Shown: positions 1-11,171 of the stretch, one piece after another
Numbering within the stretch: the stretch's first letter is position 1
Layout of the letters: every line of letters begins with the position of its first letter
Source: Naegleria gruberi
Lineage: Eukaryota
Length of the DNA: 64,000 bases
Strand: one strand, 5' to 3'
NCBI GenBank assembly: GCA_000004985.1
Contig: GG738854.1
Program-made: the position numbers and the translations under genes
Notes under the pieces: generated by a model
Databases searched by the model: none
Told to the model about the DNA's origin: nothing
Seen by the model: the letters and a program-made list of their open reading frames with translations, nothing else

Positions 1-6
1 GCTAAT

Positions 7-1193
7 ATGGAACTTTCGTTTTGTCCTGTCTTGTTAGATATTGGTGCAAAGAATTACAGATTTGGATTGGCTAGAGATAGTGCCTTTTTCACATCTTGCT
101 CATTAGTTGGGCAACCAGATCATCCTCACTTTTATTTACCTAACTATGGCATGGACGATATTGTGGTTGGTGATAGATACATCCTCACCATTCATCACTG
201 CTCGTCTTTACCCCTCCTGGCAACAAATGGACAAATAGTAGATTTTAACAACTTGAAGATTCTTTTGTGCCAAGTTTATGGTGATGATTTAAACGTTAAA
301 TTGAGAGAACATCCACTCCTTCTTGCAGTATCTCCAATGTGGAGTCAAGATGATTTGAACCGAATTAGAAAGATTGTGGTAAGTTTGAAATATTCAATTC
401 ATTTATTACAAAAAAATTAATAATTCAGTTTGAGTTGGAAATTCCTGCACTATGCATGGTTGATTCGAGAGAACTTGTTTCAAATTACTACCAAAAACCA
501 AATTCCATACTAGTTCATATTGGTGCCTCCGGAAATATGTGTACTGCAATTCAAAATCACAAGCCTCTTCAGGACACCTTTTCAAGTGAGACTTTAAATC
601 TGAAACAAATTCTTTCTCAATTTACATCAAGAACTCAATCATACTATTACGAACAATATAACTCATGGGATCAGGAATTACATCAGGGCGCTATTGTTCC
701 TCCAATCTTGCAGGATGAAGATGTTGCTGCTTATAGGAAATTTGTTTCTGAACTCGGAAGATGTAAACTTGGACAAGAATCAGCCTATAATCGTACCTAT
801 TTATCTGCAGAACAGAGAGTTTCAATTGGTGAGAGTATTTTACTGTCAACATTAAGTCAATTCACTAAATGCATCCAAACTGTAATCCACTCAACACAAC
901 TCACCGATTTAGAAAAGCAACAAATCTTACAAAATATTGTGATTGTTGGAGGATTTTCTCACGTGAAAAATCTTACTTCCAAGCTTACTGAACTCATTTC
1001 AAAAATCTACAATGACATTCCTTTCAAAATCACTCCAACCTTCACCTACCAATCCTTCCATGAAGTACAAAGTGTCAATAGAAAAGGAATTAAGTACAGC
1101 CATTTTGGGGCTTGTTATGATGTGATTGGAGGTGCTAAGATCCTCGCCTCTCTCAATAACTTTATCGATATGTGCACTTTTATTGATGAATAA
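7..1193 (+). CDS. Actin-related protein (Arp family); exons 7-378 and 429-1193, intron 379-428 (GTAAGT...CAG, 50 bp)
   Basis: Translation aligns to the actin fold: LLDIGAKNYRFGLA resembles actin VVDNGSGMCKAGFA, EHPLLLAVSPMW resembles EHPVLLTEAPLNP, FELEIPALCMV resembles FETFNVPAMYV, and IVIVGGFSHVKNL resembles IVLSGGTTMFPGI. The two ORFs join in frame through a canonical 50-bp intron. Confidence 0.7.
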
Positions 1194-1458
1194 AACAATA
1201 ATTTCAGAGTCAGTCTATTACATTTGCTTCAGTAACACCAACCTTCACAACAAATTCCAGCATGTGAACCAGCCCTATTCTCAACTTTGCCTAATTCACT
1301 ATCAATAGATGCGCATCAAGCCATTTTAGAATTTTCCTCTTTCAAAATCATAAAAAATTTTAAACCAATCCAAAAATTCAACGCTCCACAAATATTAAAT
1401 TACAAGATAATATAATATAATTGAAAATTGGAAAACAATAAACACACTAAACACACAT

Positions 1459-1775
1459 ATGGAAACAGATAAAGTTGTTGTAGAAGAAGGAGCAACCACC
1501 ACCACCACCTCTGATACTACCACTCTCTCCGAACTCTCCACTCATTGGATCCATCTTCATCAAATAATAATACAAATAATACAACTAATAATAAGAATAA
1601 TAACAAGAATGATAATAACAACAACAATCGGAGAGAACCAATCTCTCAGGATTCATATAGCAGTAGTGGTGATTCATCATCTTCATCCACATCAAGTTGT
1701 TCATCGAGTCAACAACAACAACAACAACACGAATTAATACCAACAACAACAATAGCAACAGACTATTACAAATAA
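1459..1775 (+). CDS. N/Q/S/T-rich low-complexity ORFs, possibly 5' exon(s) of the downstream gene
   Basis: Overlapping ORFs in two frames encode poly-N, poly-T and poly-Q tracts with (CAA)n and (AAT)n microsatellites. No domain is recognisable. Confidence 0.2.
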
Positions 1776-2025
1776 TACAATATTAAACAATCAGCACAGC
1801 TCGACTCTCCCAACAACTCCAATTAAAAGTAATTTCCTAACCAAGGAGGAAGAAGAGGAAAATCAAATCATTATTCATAGTAGTCGAGGAGATGAACAAC
1901 AGGAAAAACAACAAGAGGAATTACTAGCCTTACAAAATCAAATTTTCCTCTCACAGACTGGTATTTCAGAGACACCAATACTTGATAGTGCTGGTAGAGT
2001 TTTATTCGCTCATAAAACTTCATCG

Positions 2026-3562
2026 ATGAGTATGACACACGATCAGCAGCAACAACATCAACTTGTACCAACATCACCATCGAGAAGTAGAATTCTATCA
2101 AATGTATCATCATCAGGTGTTGGTACTGCTGGTGGATTGAATAATCAAGATGTCATTGGAGCTAGAGATGTAATGCTATTAACACCAACTAAACAACATC
2201 AACAACATAACAATAATTTGGCATCTCCTAAAGGGTCTGAGAAATCCTCATCTCGACATTTTGCTCTATTTGATAGTGCAGATTTGGAAGAGGAGAAGCA
2301 CCAATCGGAAAAGTTTACAACTTTGGAAAGTAATAGGGAATCACTTAAATTAATGAAGAGAAGACATCGAGAAAATTATCTACCAGAGACTTTTCTTCAC
2401 TTTTGTAAACATGAAACATCTAAGATTTATGGTTGGAGTTTAGAGAGCGAGAAACATTCTGTCCAATTTTATAACAAATCGATATCACTTCATTCATTGA
2501 CAACTGGAGACTTTTCTGCAATTTCTAGGTTAACTTCACAAAATACTTTAGAAAGTACCAGTACACAGGATTTATCGAAAAATTTACGATTCAAGCAAAC
2601 ACCAATGATTAACGATTCTGTTAATTTTGTAATTGCCAATAGATTTGTTGGTATTTTGAGTGATACGAATTTTAGGGATGCATATTTGGCTTGTAAGGAT
2701 ATTCAATTGAGAAAACAAGCAAAACAAATGGAAGAAGTTGTAGTTTTGGAAAGTTATTATCATGTGGAAGGACCTGAAATTACTGATTCACGAAAATCTA
2801 AGATACCAGATGAGAGTTTTGATATTATTTATCAGAGAACCTCATCACCGAATACTCTATTTGGTAGGTTTTTTGTTCATTTTGGAGGATATTAATGTTT
2901 CTTATATTATTGGAATAGTTTCAAAGAGAGAATATCTCACAGCAAGATACTTTATTGAGGAATCGGAACGATTAATTATTTTGGAAAGATCTATCGAAAA
3001 GATACTTCCCATTCCATCAATGCTTCAAGCACTGACCATGGAGAATGATAAGATACTGAACGATTTCAAGAATGAGCATCATCATCACCATCTGAGTGAA
3101 ACAAACACTCCACTTCAATCCAATAATAATTTACAAAATGATATTTCACTTTCTCCTTCACAACGACAACGTAGTAGGAGTGTTGGAATGAGCAATTCTA
3201 GTAGGCCAATAAGTGAAATTCACATGACACCACTCTCTGCCAGAACAACTACATCATCTCATATTTTACAACAAAGCGCTCCGAATTTAACTTTACAACC
3301 CTATCCAAACGACACCCTCAAAACCACACTTGCAAGCAGCACTGCTCCAACTCAGAAAGGTGTGGTTCGAGCTAATATTTTATTCCAAATTTTGATATTT
3401 GATCGATTGAGCGATACGGAGACCAAGTTCCAGATCATTAATAATGTAGATGTTAAGGGGTGGCTTAAATCTTGGAATTCCATTACTCAGAAGAGTACGC
3501 CACACAAAATATTTGAAGATTTTGTTGATGTAATTGAAGAGCACAAGAAGAATACAAAGTAG
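2026..3562 (+). CDS. Hypothetical Q/S/H-rich protein; exons (?)2026-2863 and 2919-3562, intron 2864-2918 (GTAGGT...ATAG, 55 bp)
   Basis: Two long ORFs join in frame across a canonical small intron. The sequence has a poly-Q/H N-terminus and no recognisable domain. Confidence 0.45.
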
Positions 3563-3693
3563 AACTTTGCAAGAAAATTAAAGCCCTTCACCTTATTTTG
3601 GTATTCTAATACATTGTTAATTGTTACAAATTAATGTTTATTATCAATAGGTTTCACTGATAATGATGTTATTTCGTTAGGTAATTAGGAGTG

Positions 3694-6111
3694 TTATTTG
3701 TTTCTTTTGAATTTGCTTTTGAGGATTGCAACCAAGCCTTGCTTTTCGCCCATGTCAAAAACAAGGGAAGAAGCAGAGCCAGAAATTGATTTTTCTTTTT
3801 GCCACTTATCAGTTGCCTGGGTGAGACAATCCTTAATAGTTGCCCATTCAGATCTGGTAAAATCCATAGTAGAGATTATATCAAAGGCTGTCTTTCCACT
3901 ATTATCCTTGATAGAGAGGAAGTTATAGAGTGTGAGAGGTGTCTTGACAACAATATCATTTCCTGGATGGCATAAAAAATTTTGTTCTAGCCAGGTCATT
4001 AACCATTCGAAACCATTAAGCCAAGGTAAAAAGTCATCAGGTTTTTTAGACATCATTCTTACAGCAAAGTCCATGCTGATGTGGAAAATGGTCTTTCCTT
4101 CTTTATCTCTATCAAAAACCATTGAAGAAACAAACTTGAACTTGTCAGGATTCTTCAAAGTATACTCGAAAAGGAATTTACAAATTGTTTTGACGCAATC
4201 CACATCATTGAAACAAACTGCTTGCATCAATACATTGTATCCAAATGAGTTTTTCATTAAGAGAGCCTTTTCAAATAGCTCTGTACCGAAGAGTGTTGTT
4301 CCATTACTGAGTATATCTTTAAGGAAGAGATAATATTTGCCACTTGTATTCTTGTTAATGACAACCAGATTACTCATTCTCCTCTCTACTCTTGTCTTTT
4401 TCTCGGTGAGATCCAATAAATTAGATGATGAATTTGAACTGTGAGTGTTAATAGTTCTATAATCTCTGAGGCAAGCGAATAGAGCATGCTCCTCTCTTTG
4501 ATTCTTTTTGAGTAAGAGTCTTGGCATGTACTTGCAAATGTATTGACTCATATCCATATTGCAATCTCTGAATGCTCCATGAAGTAATGACTCTCCCAAA
4601 ATACCTACACCAACTGTAATATCCAACTTGGCTCCAAATAATTGAAGCATATCACAAAGTTCGTAATCTTTACGCTTCAATGCCAATACTATTGGAAGAT
4701 TTCCGTATTGATCTGGAATAAAGTTCAATTGCTTTTCTTGAACTGATGGTTGACTACATAAAAATACACAAGCATCATGAGCCTTCTCACCCAAATCATT
4801 TCCACCAACACCATAGAATAATGGTGTCATTTCTTGTTTGTCCTGTAAGACCCACAATTTAGCTTGTCTTTGTTTACACTTTTTAGAGTGTTCTGCTGTT
4901 TCACCTGTTGGACTATCCTTGCTGCAATCGTGGTCACAACAACATTCCAAAAGCCATTGCAAAATATCAACATGATTATACTTGGCAGCTAAATGCACAA
5001 CAGAAGCGTTTTGGAAATTAGGATAGGTCAAGTCACAAACAAAGTCAGCAACATGAGGTCCAACAATTCTCTCCCTAGCAATTCTTCTAATAGGACTGAA
5101 AGAATGTTGGGAGTTTCCTGAAAGTGTTGCCTCAATAGTTGGTGGACTTTTAGTTTTTTCATCTTGAGCAGGATCCATTTTGGTTGGAGTTGAAAACACT
5201 GTTTCCTTTTGTGGTATTGGAGGTGGAGAAGGCTTTCCAAAGATGGAAAGTTTTTTTCTCGAAGGTGATTGCTCGACAGGTTTGTTACTAGATGTTGAAA
5301 TGTCACATGAATATGTAGTGTTTAGGAAACTTGTGTCAGTGATGATCGCAGACATTCTTTCCTCCTTCATTCTAGTTGGTGCCTTTGGTCTTGAAAACTT
5401 GCCCAAAGCAGCTGCTGCTCCAAACGAACTTGAAGATTGGTGTGTTCCTCGAGTAGCTTGTTTGTTTCTGTTAGCATTTGTTGTTTCATAGGTTTCTTTG
5501 TTTTGAAGATATGTCAGTAAATCCATTGTTACACGTTTATCAGTGCTGGCGGCTGACTTGAAATCATCATCCATATCAATCTTATTCTTTTCATTATTAC
5601 TCGAGGTTGTTGTTGTTTCTATAGGGTTTGTATTTTCATTAGGGGTGGTGGTGGTTGATGATGTGGAAGGTTGAGTTGGTGGAAGTTTAGGTAAAATTTT
5701 GTGTGAATATCTTGGTATTCTTACTTGTTGCGATATTCTCGACAGGTAATCATCAATATAATCCTCTACTCTACATTGTACTCTTTGTGAAAACAGAGCA
5801 CTGGTTGAGTGTCGAACCAAATCTCCTCCAACGCTCGACAGAGCTGGCTCAATTTCGAATAATTGCAATAAATCACTTCTCTTTTGCAATCTTTCTTCAT
5901 GTGGCAGCAATTCTCCAGTACTAACTGGAGTAGCACATGAAAAGGCCTTTCTATCACTGTGATAATTGTTGTGGTTGTTTGAAGATTGTCCGATGTGATT
6001 CATGGCAGACGAAAGGCAATTACTTGTTGATGACGAAACAAAATTCATCAGGGAGAGATTGATAGGTTCTACCACAAGAGAATCAGTAGAATCAGAAGCT
6101 GTGGATGCCAT
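3694..6111 (-). CDS. Ankyrin-repeat protein (805 aa, S/T-rich N-terminus)
   Basis: Single 2418-nt ORF. The C-terminal half contains ankyrin-like units (VVHLAAKYNHVDILQWLLE, LPIVLALKRKDYELCDMLQLFGAKLD, GYNVLMQAVCFNDVDCVKTI). Confidence 0.5.
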   Translation of the reverse strand: MASTASDSTDSLVVEPINLSLMNFVSSSTSNCLSSAMNHIGQSSNNHNNYHSDRKAFSCATPVSTGELLPHEERLQKRSDLLQLFEIEPALSSVGGDLVRHSTSALFSQRVQCRVEDYIDDYLSRISQQVRIPRYSHKILPKLPPTQPSTSSTTTTPNENTNPIETTTTSSNNEKNKIDMDDDFKSAASTDKRVTMDLLTYLQNKETYETTNANRNKQATRGTHQSSSSFGAAAALGKFSRPKAPTRMKEERMSAIITDTSFLNTTYSCDISTSSNKPVEQSPSRKKLSIFGKPSPPPIPQKETVFSTPTKMDPAQDEKTKSPPTIEATLSGNSQHSFSPIRRIARERIVGPHVADFVCDLTYPNFQNASVVHLAAKYNHVDILQWLLECCCDHDCSKDSPTGETAEHSKKCKQRQAKLWVLQDKQEMTPLFYGVGGNDLGEKAHDACVFLCSQPSVQEKQLNFIPDQYGNLPIVLALKRKDYELCDMLQLFGAKLDITVGVGILGESLLHGAFRDCNMDMSQYICKYMPRLLLKKNQREEHALFACLRDYRTINTHSSNSSSNLLDLTEKKTRVERRMSNLVVINKNTSGKYYLFLKDILSNGTTLFGTELFEKALLMKNSFGYNVLMQAVCFNDVDCVKTICKFLFEYTLKNPDKFKFVSSMVFDRDKEGKTIFHISMDFAVRMMSKKPDDFLPWLNGFEWLMTWLEQNFLCHPGNDIVVKTPLTLYNFLSIKDNSGKTAFDIISTMDFTRSEWATIKDCLTQATDKWQKEKSISGSASSLVFDMGEKQGLVAILKSKFKRNK

Positions 6112-7474
6112 TCTATTCTAACTGGTAAATATTGTTGTTAATTAATAAATAATTGAATGGTTGCTGAGTGTTGTTTGTTTTTTTCTTCTAGTTTGGAGTT
6201 GAATATTAACAAGAAGCCTCTTACTGTTTGATCACTCACTGAATTTGAATGGAAAAGGTGAGAATAACTTGTTTTGCTTATGAAAGGGACAGATTGACTC
6301 AACTAAAGTTGTGTTCACTTCTAAAATTAGGTCGCTGTTTTATATTTCTTGTTGAGTACTTTCCGAGTGAACAATAATACTCTTCTTTAAAACAACCAAT
6401 CAATTCTTCAATCCTTTGAGTTGTGTTGTTGCTCTAATATTTTACTTCACTGGAAAGCTTAACTCTGTGCGGGATCTTTTGAAACACAGTAAAAAAGCAA
6501 AACGGTAAGTTTTTGTTTTGGAGGGAAAATGTTGGAGGTTTTTTTTTCAATTCAAAAAAAGAGGCTTATCGTGATCTAGTCGCTTGTTGTTGGTTCGCGA
6601 AGCTTTCTTGCTGATATGAGACTCTTTATGATGAAGCGTTCGTTGTGTTGGTGAATAGTGATTGGAGAGTTGGTCCCTTTGTTTTTTGTGATGTGAATTT
6701 TGATGCATTGTAGAATGTCTTTTGAAGAATTATCGTTCTTATTGGCCAAAATGTTTTTCTACTTGTCCACTGTCTACAATAATAGGCTTTTTAAGGCTTG
6801 TTAATGAGGAGGGAACTTTGATGATCTTGAACTAATGGATTTAAAAATTAATATTGAATTCGATAGTATTTGTAGTTAATCTTTGAAAATATTAATTATT
6901 ATAATTAATTGTCATACAAAGGATTGAAAGAGAATCAAACAAGTTAGATGAAAGTTAATTGGAAAGATTAATTTGACACATTTGTAGGGTTAATTGCAAA
7001 ATTGGAGACAACATTTATGATTGAACATCATATGACTCTTTTTTGATTAACTTCCCAAATTACATCAAAGTGAAAGGATTATTACAAAATATTTAAATTA
7101 CAAATGGATTGTATTGGCTTACTGAACATGTTTGGAAATATTTACAAACTGGAAACTATGTGGACAAACCTCTTTGATTTTGAACGGCCCACATTAACTG
7201 TTACACAGACATTCCACTATGCAACATTATTGGAACAATCATGATTCGGCATGGAGATTCGTGTTAACATAGAAGTGTGCCAGAAGTATTTTTACAATGG
7301 AAGCTTGTTGTATCAGCATTAACACTGTTCATTATTTGAACATTCGTATTGCATTAACTTGAATAGGAATTCATTGAGTTATCTTTAAACATGGAATACA
7401 AATGGATAGGAATTGAATCTAATGCCAATTCAATGTCAGAAATCCAACTAATTAACATTATCTCACAAATTGAT

Positions 7475-8507
7475 TTATTTGAAAACTTGAACCTTTCTCT
7501 TGTAAACATTAGTGACATAGAACTCTCCAGTTGTAAAATCAATTCCCATCTCCAATCCTTCTCCTCCATCAAGTTCAAACTTGTGATCAGAATCAGCGTT
7601 TTCATTCTTGAAAAGAGTCAAACAAGATCCATCCAATTTAGTAGATTCAAGACCTTCATCTCCAATATAATAGAGAAGTTGACCGCTTGGATCCAATGTA
7701 AGTCTACTTGCAGCTCCTGGACTTACTCTTGAAACTCTGCTAATGACATTTCCTGTCTTGTCAGTTTTAATAATTGACTTGGAAGAGGTCAGTAACAAAT
7801 TGTTATCAAAGTCTGTGGTAATTCCAAACAAGTATTCAAATGGAGGCACAAACATATTTTGACCACAAACATCTTCTCTCAATGTAGCTGTAACCTTACC
7901 ACAACACAACTCCATCCTTTTGAATGGTATAAATGCTTCCATCATGTCTATCAATGCACATATCACGAACTCTTGATTGCTTATTAATACTCCAAAAGAT
8001 TTTCTTTCCATCTCTTGACACTTTGGTAATGTCAAAATATGCACCTCTGTCAATACAATAGACAAGTGCATTGTCATTTTGATCGTAACACATTTTGAAA
8101 GGTGCATCTTCTTGTGGCTCTTTGAATGAAGCTTTGACTTTCTTGGTGGCCAAGTCAAATTCCACAATGATTAAATCGTTGGCCACAAACAAGGAGCCAT
8201 GCTTCAAGTCAATTGCGCTACATTTTGGTTTGGACAAACTTGGCAAATCAACATGTTGCTTTAAACTTGGTAATAATGAGGCATTGGACAGAATTTTAGA
8301 AACCTTTCCAGTTTCGGCATGAGATTTAGTCTTGTTCGATGTATTGTGTAAATGCAAGTGGGCACCACAATAGTTTTGGTTGCATTCAGAGCAGTGATGA
8401 GTTGCGAGAACTTGTTCATCTTCAGCAAGGCATTTGTTGCAGAGCTTGTCTTGGGTCATGGTTGTGATGGTTGTATTTTTTTGAAGTGTGTATTTTGGAT
8501 GTGTCAA
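7475..8507 (-). CDS. B-box zinc finger plus NHL-like beta-propeller protein (RING-less TRIM-NHL-like); reading frame breaks near 7896-7900
   Basis: The N-terminus has a B-box Cys/His pattern (CNKCLAEDEQVLATHHCSECNQNYCGAHLHLH). The rest aligns along its whole length to the paralog at 8781-9959, but only if the frame changes after ...TIQKDGV, so two overlapping ORFs (8507-7896 and 8167-7475) cover it. This is either a real frameshift or an indel error. Confidence 0.45.
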
Positions 8508-8780
8508 AGCATCATCTTTTTATAGGAGACATGAACCTCTCATCATAATCATGTCAATAACCAAAAGATGGTTCTGCCCTTCTCCTTTGATTGTTCCTAT
8601 CTTGTTCTCTAGTTTGTCCATTGGACACGCCAAATTTTGAAGGTAAATAATTGGTAATTATATCGGTTTACAATATTTGAAAGTTCGATTAATACCTTTC
8701 GTACTCTATTAGAACATCAATCCAAACATAAATCAACAAGAAAAAATATCAAAACATTTCCTCACACAAATTTTCAAGAA
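8508..8780. promoter_or_regulatory. Shared intergenic region between head-to-head B-box paralogs (divergent promoter candidate)
   Basis: Inferred from position only: a 273-bp AT-rich spacer lies between two divergently transcribed paralogs. Confidence 0.3.
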
Positions 8781-9959
8781 ATGGTCAATTGCGATAAGTG
8801 TTTTAAAGATGACGAAGAAACAGTGCCAGCTACACATAACTGCAAACAATGCAACATGAACTTTTGTGATTCTCATACAACACTACATAATTCTGCTAAC
8901 AAGACTAAATCCCACACGCCAGATGTCGTCCAGTTGGAAGTAGCTGTAAAGAATTGTGAAAAATGTTTGAAAGACGAACAAGAAACTGTTCCAGCAACAC
9001 ATTTTTGCAAATCATGCAATGCAAGCTTGTGCCAGGCTCACTTAACTTTGCACAATACATCAAACAAGACAAAGTCTCATGTCAATGACATTATTCAATT
9101 AACTAGCTCACCTCTCACTTCGTTTATTCCATTCAGTGGAGCTTTTGAACATATTGCAACTCTTGGCGAACAAGAACCAGTCAATTTTCAGTTCTCCAGA
9201 GTTGCTGCCATCACTATCGATCCAGTCAACCGTTCCTTATTCGTCTCTGATAAGAATACCTTCTTGGAATTTGATTTGAAAACCAAAAAGCTGAAAAACC
9301 AATTCAAAGAACCCCAAAACAGAGAAAACAAAATGTTAAATTATGATCCAAAAGATGATGCCCTAATTTACATGATTCACAGATGTAGCTCAGCACTTAT
9401 TGTAAAAACTTCCAGAGATGGAAAGATGATTTATTGGGAAACCGCTGTGGGAGTTGTTAAAGGAATTACTGTTGATAGAAAGGATGGAACTGTTTATGTG
9501 CTACAAAAGAATGGAGTTGACTTTTTGTCACCTACCAATGGGGCAATTGTAAAATCTTTAAGAAATGACATTAATGGAAAGAGCATTTTTGAAATGCAGA
9601 ATATTGATAGTATTGGAATTAATCATGATAATGATTTGGTGCTTATTGATCAGTATAATATTATAGTTTCGAATAAGAATGGAAAAATTTTAAAGAAACA
9701 TACCAAGCACTCTACTGTTTTGCATGTAAGACCACAATTTGAACCAGTTACCAATAGAATATTTTGTGTTTCGTCTGGAATCGTTTTTATGAATGAAGAC
9801 GGCACCTGTGTCACTAACTTTGAAAATGAGAAATCTCAAAAGTATAGATTTAACTTGTTTTATCCTGGTGAGGGCTTGGATATTGCATTGGATACAGAAA
9901 GTGGTGAATTATATGCTGGTGTCCACAGTGATTCAGAATTTGTAATTGTTTTCAAATAA
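8781..9959 (+). CDS. Protein with two tandem B-box zinc fingers plus an NHL-like beta-propeller (392 aa, intronless)
   Basis: Two copies of the CxxC...H...C...C..H..LH pattern (CDKCFKDDEETVPATHNCKQCNMNFCDSHTTLH and CEKCLKDEQETVPATHFCKSCNASLCQAHLTLH) are followed by propeller-like repeats. These repeats match those at 7475-8507 and 15021-17375. Confidence 0.6.
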   Translation: MVNCDKCFKDDEETVPATHNCKQCNMNFCDSHTTLHNSANKTKSHTPDVVQLEVAVKNCEKCLKDEQETVPATHFCKSCNASLCQAHLTLHNTSNKTKSHVNDIIQLTSSPLTSFIPFSGAFEHIATLGEQEPVNFQFSRVAAITIDPVNRSLFVSDKNTFLEFDLKTKKLKNQFKEPQNRENKMLNYDPKDDALIYMIHRCSSALIVKTSRDGKMIYWETAVGVVKGITVDRKDGTVYVLQKNGVDFLSPTNGAIVKSLRNDINGKSIFEMQNIDSIGINHDNDLVLIDQYNIIVSNKNGKILKKHTKHSTVLHVRPQFEPVTNRIFCVSSGIVFMNEDGTCVTNFENEKSQKYRFNLFYPGEGLDIALDTESGELYAGVHSDSEFVIVFK

Positions 9960-10071
9960 ATTAAAACAGGTTTGGACAAAGTTCATAGAATGTTCCTTGT
10001 TCATCCATCTCACCTTAATTGAAACGATAAAAAAACTAAAAATAAAATTAAATTAAAAAGAAATTAACAAA

Positions 10072-11013
10072 ATGTTCTCCTCAAGCAATCAAACTTCATC
10101 ATCGGAAAAATCACAATCATTATTAAATAATTCCCTCCATGAACACTGGGATAGTATAATAACGAGGGATAAATTAGCAATTTTAAAAACAAATAATTTC
10201 ATAGTAATTGATGATTTCCTGCCTCTCCACCAATCAAATAATAACAATTCCGAAAATAATTTCTATGAAAAGATTGTTTCTCTCTCAGAGAATAATCTCC
10301 TCACACGAGAGGAATCATACATGGAGGATGAAGATAGTGGACAAGTGATACAAATTGGACAACATCCTTTCTACACATTAAAGATGATTAAGAAGGAACA
10401 TGAAAAATCATCAATTAAGGAACATGTTGATATGTATGCTCTCACTACACAGATTGGACAATATTTTCAAAGGAGAGTTGTATTTGATGAAATATTAAAA
10501 AAGCCAGATGAGTCAATCGATGATGATTTCTTTAATAAGGTTGCATTGTGTAAGGATTTTGAGAATGGACTTCCAGTTCATTTGGATAATCATAATGCTG
10601 ATAGTAGAAAGCTGACGATTGTTTATTATACAACTCCATATGTGGATAATCAAGAGGAGAAACAACAAATGGAAAAGAAATATAAAGGATTTCAATTTGA
10701 GGAGAGAAATTGGGAAGGTGGATTATTGAGAGTTTACAAACCATCAACCAAGTTGTATATTAATTATTGGGAAACTGAGAAGGAAGATATTGAACCTAAA
10801 TTCAATAGAGCTGTCCTCTTTTACAGTGATACCATAGTTCACACAGTTACAGAGACGAAACCAAAGGCAAATTTGAATCAAATTGTTAATAATACTGAAA
10901 TGCATCCACCTCGAACAACAATCACCACATGGATCCATTGCAATGACATGTCCTTCATTTGTCGAGATAGGGTCCTATTCCAAAGACAAATGATCAAATT
11001 CTTCCAGAACTAA
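10072..11013 (+). CDS. 2OG-Fe(II) oxygenase (prolyl-4-hydroxylase-like)
   Basis: An HxD motif (VHLDNH) is followed by a TIVYY strand, GGLLRVY, and a distal His in NRAVLFYSDTIVHTV. This is the jelly-roll iron-binding triad arrangement of P4H-type dioxygenases. Confidence 0.45.
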   Translation: MFSSSNQTSSSEKSQSLLNNSLHEHWDSIITRDKLAILKTNNFIVIDDFLPLHQSNNNNSENNFYEKIVSLSENNLLTREESYMEDEDSGQVIQIGQHPFYTLKMIKKEHEKSSIKEHVDMYALTTQIGQYFQRRVVFDEILKKPDESIDDDFFNKVALCKDFENGLPVHLDNHNADSRKLTIVYYTTPYVDNQEEKQQMEKKYKGFQFEERNWEGGLLRVYKPSTKLYINYWETEKEDIEPKFNRAVLFYSDTIVHTVTETKPKANLNQIVNNTEMHPPRTTITTWIHCNDMSFICRDRVLFQRQMIKFFQN

Positions 11014-11171
11014 TTCCTCACAACACTTTTCACACTCTCCCACAACCCAACATAACCAAGCATTTCAGAGATCAAATGCTATTGAACCAATTAAAGAACA
11101 ACCTTCCACTTAATAATCCTTGTTTCCCTTCCAATAGCTAGAGCTGTAATATGCATCATTGAGTCGCATGA

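Noticed and set aside
6112-7350. 1.2-kb ORF-free interval searched for RNA genes or elements
   Set aside because: I could see no tRNA-like cloverleaf, no repeats, and no conserved boxes. It is probably 5'UTR and promoter sequence of the ankyrin gene, though structured ncRNA cannot be excluded without tools.
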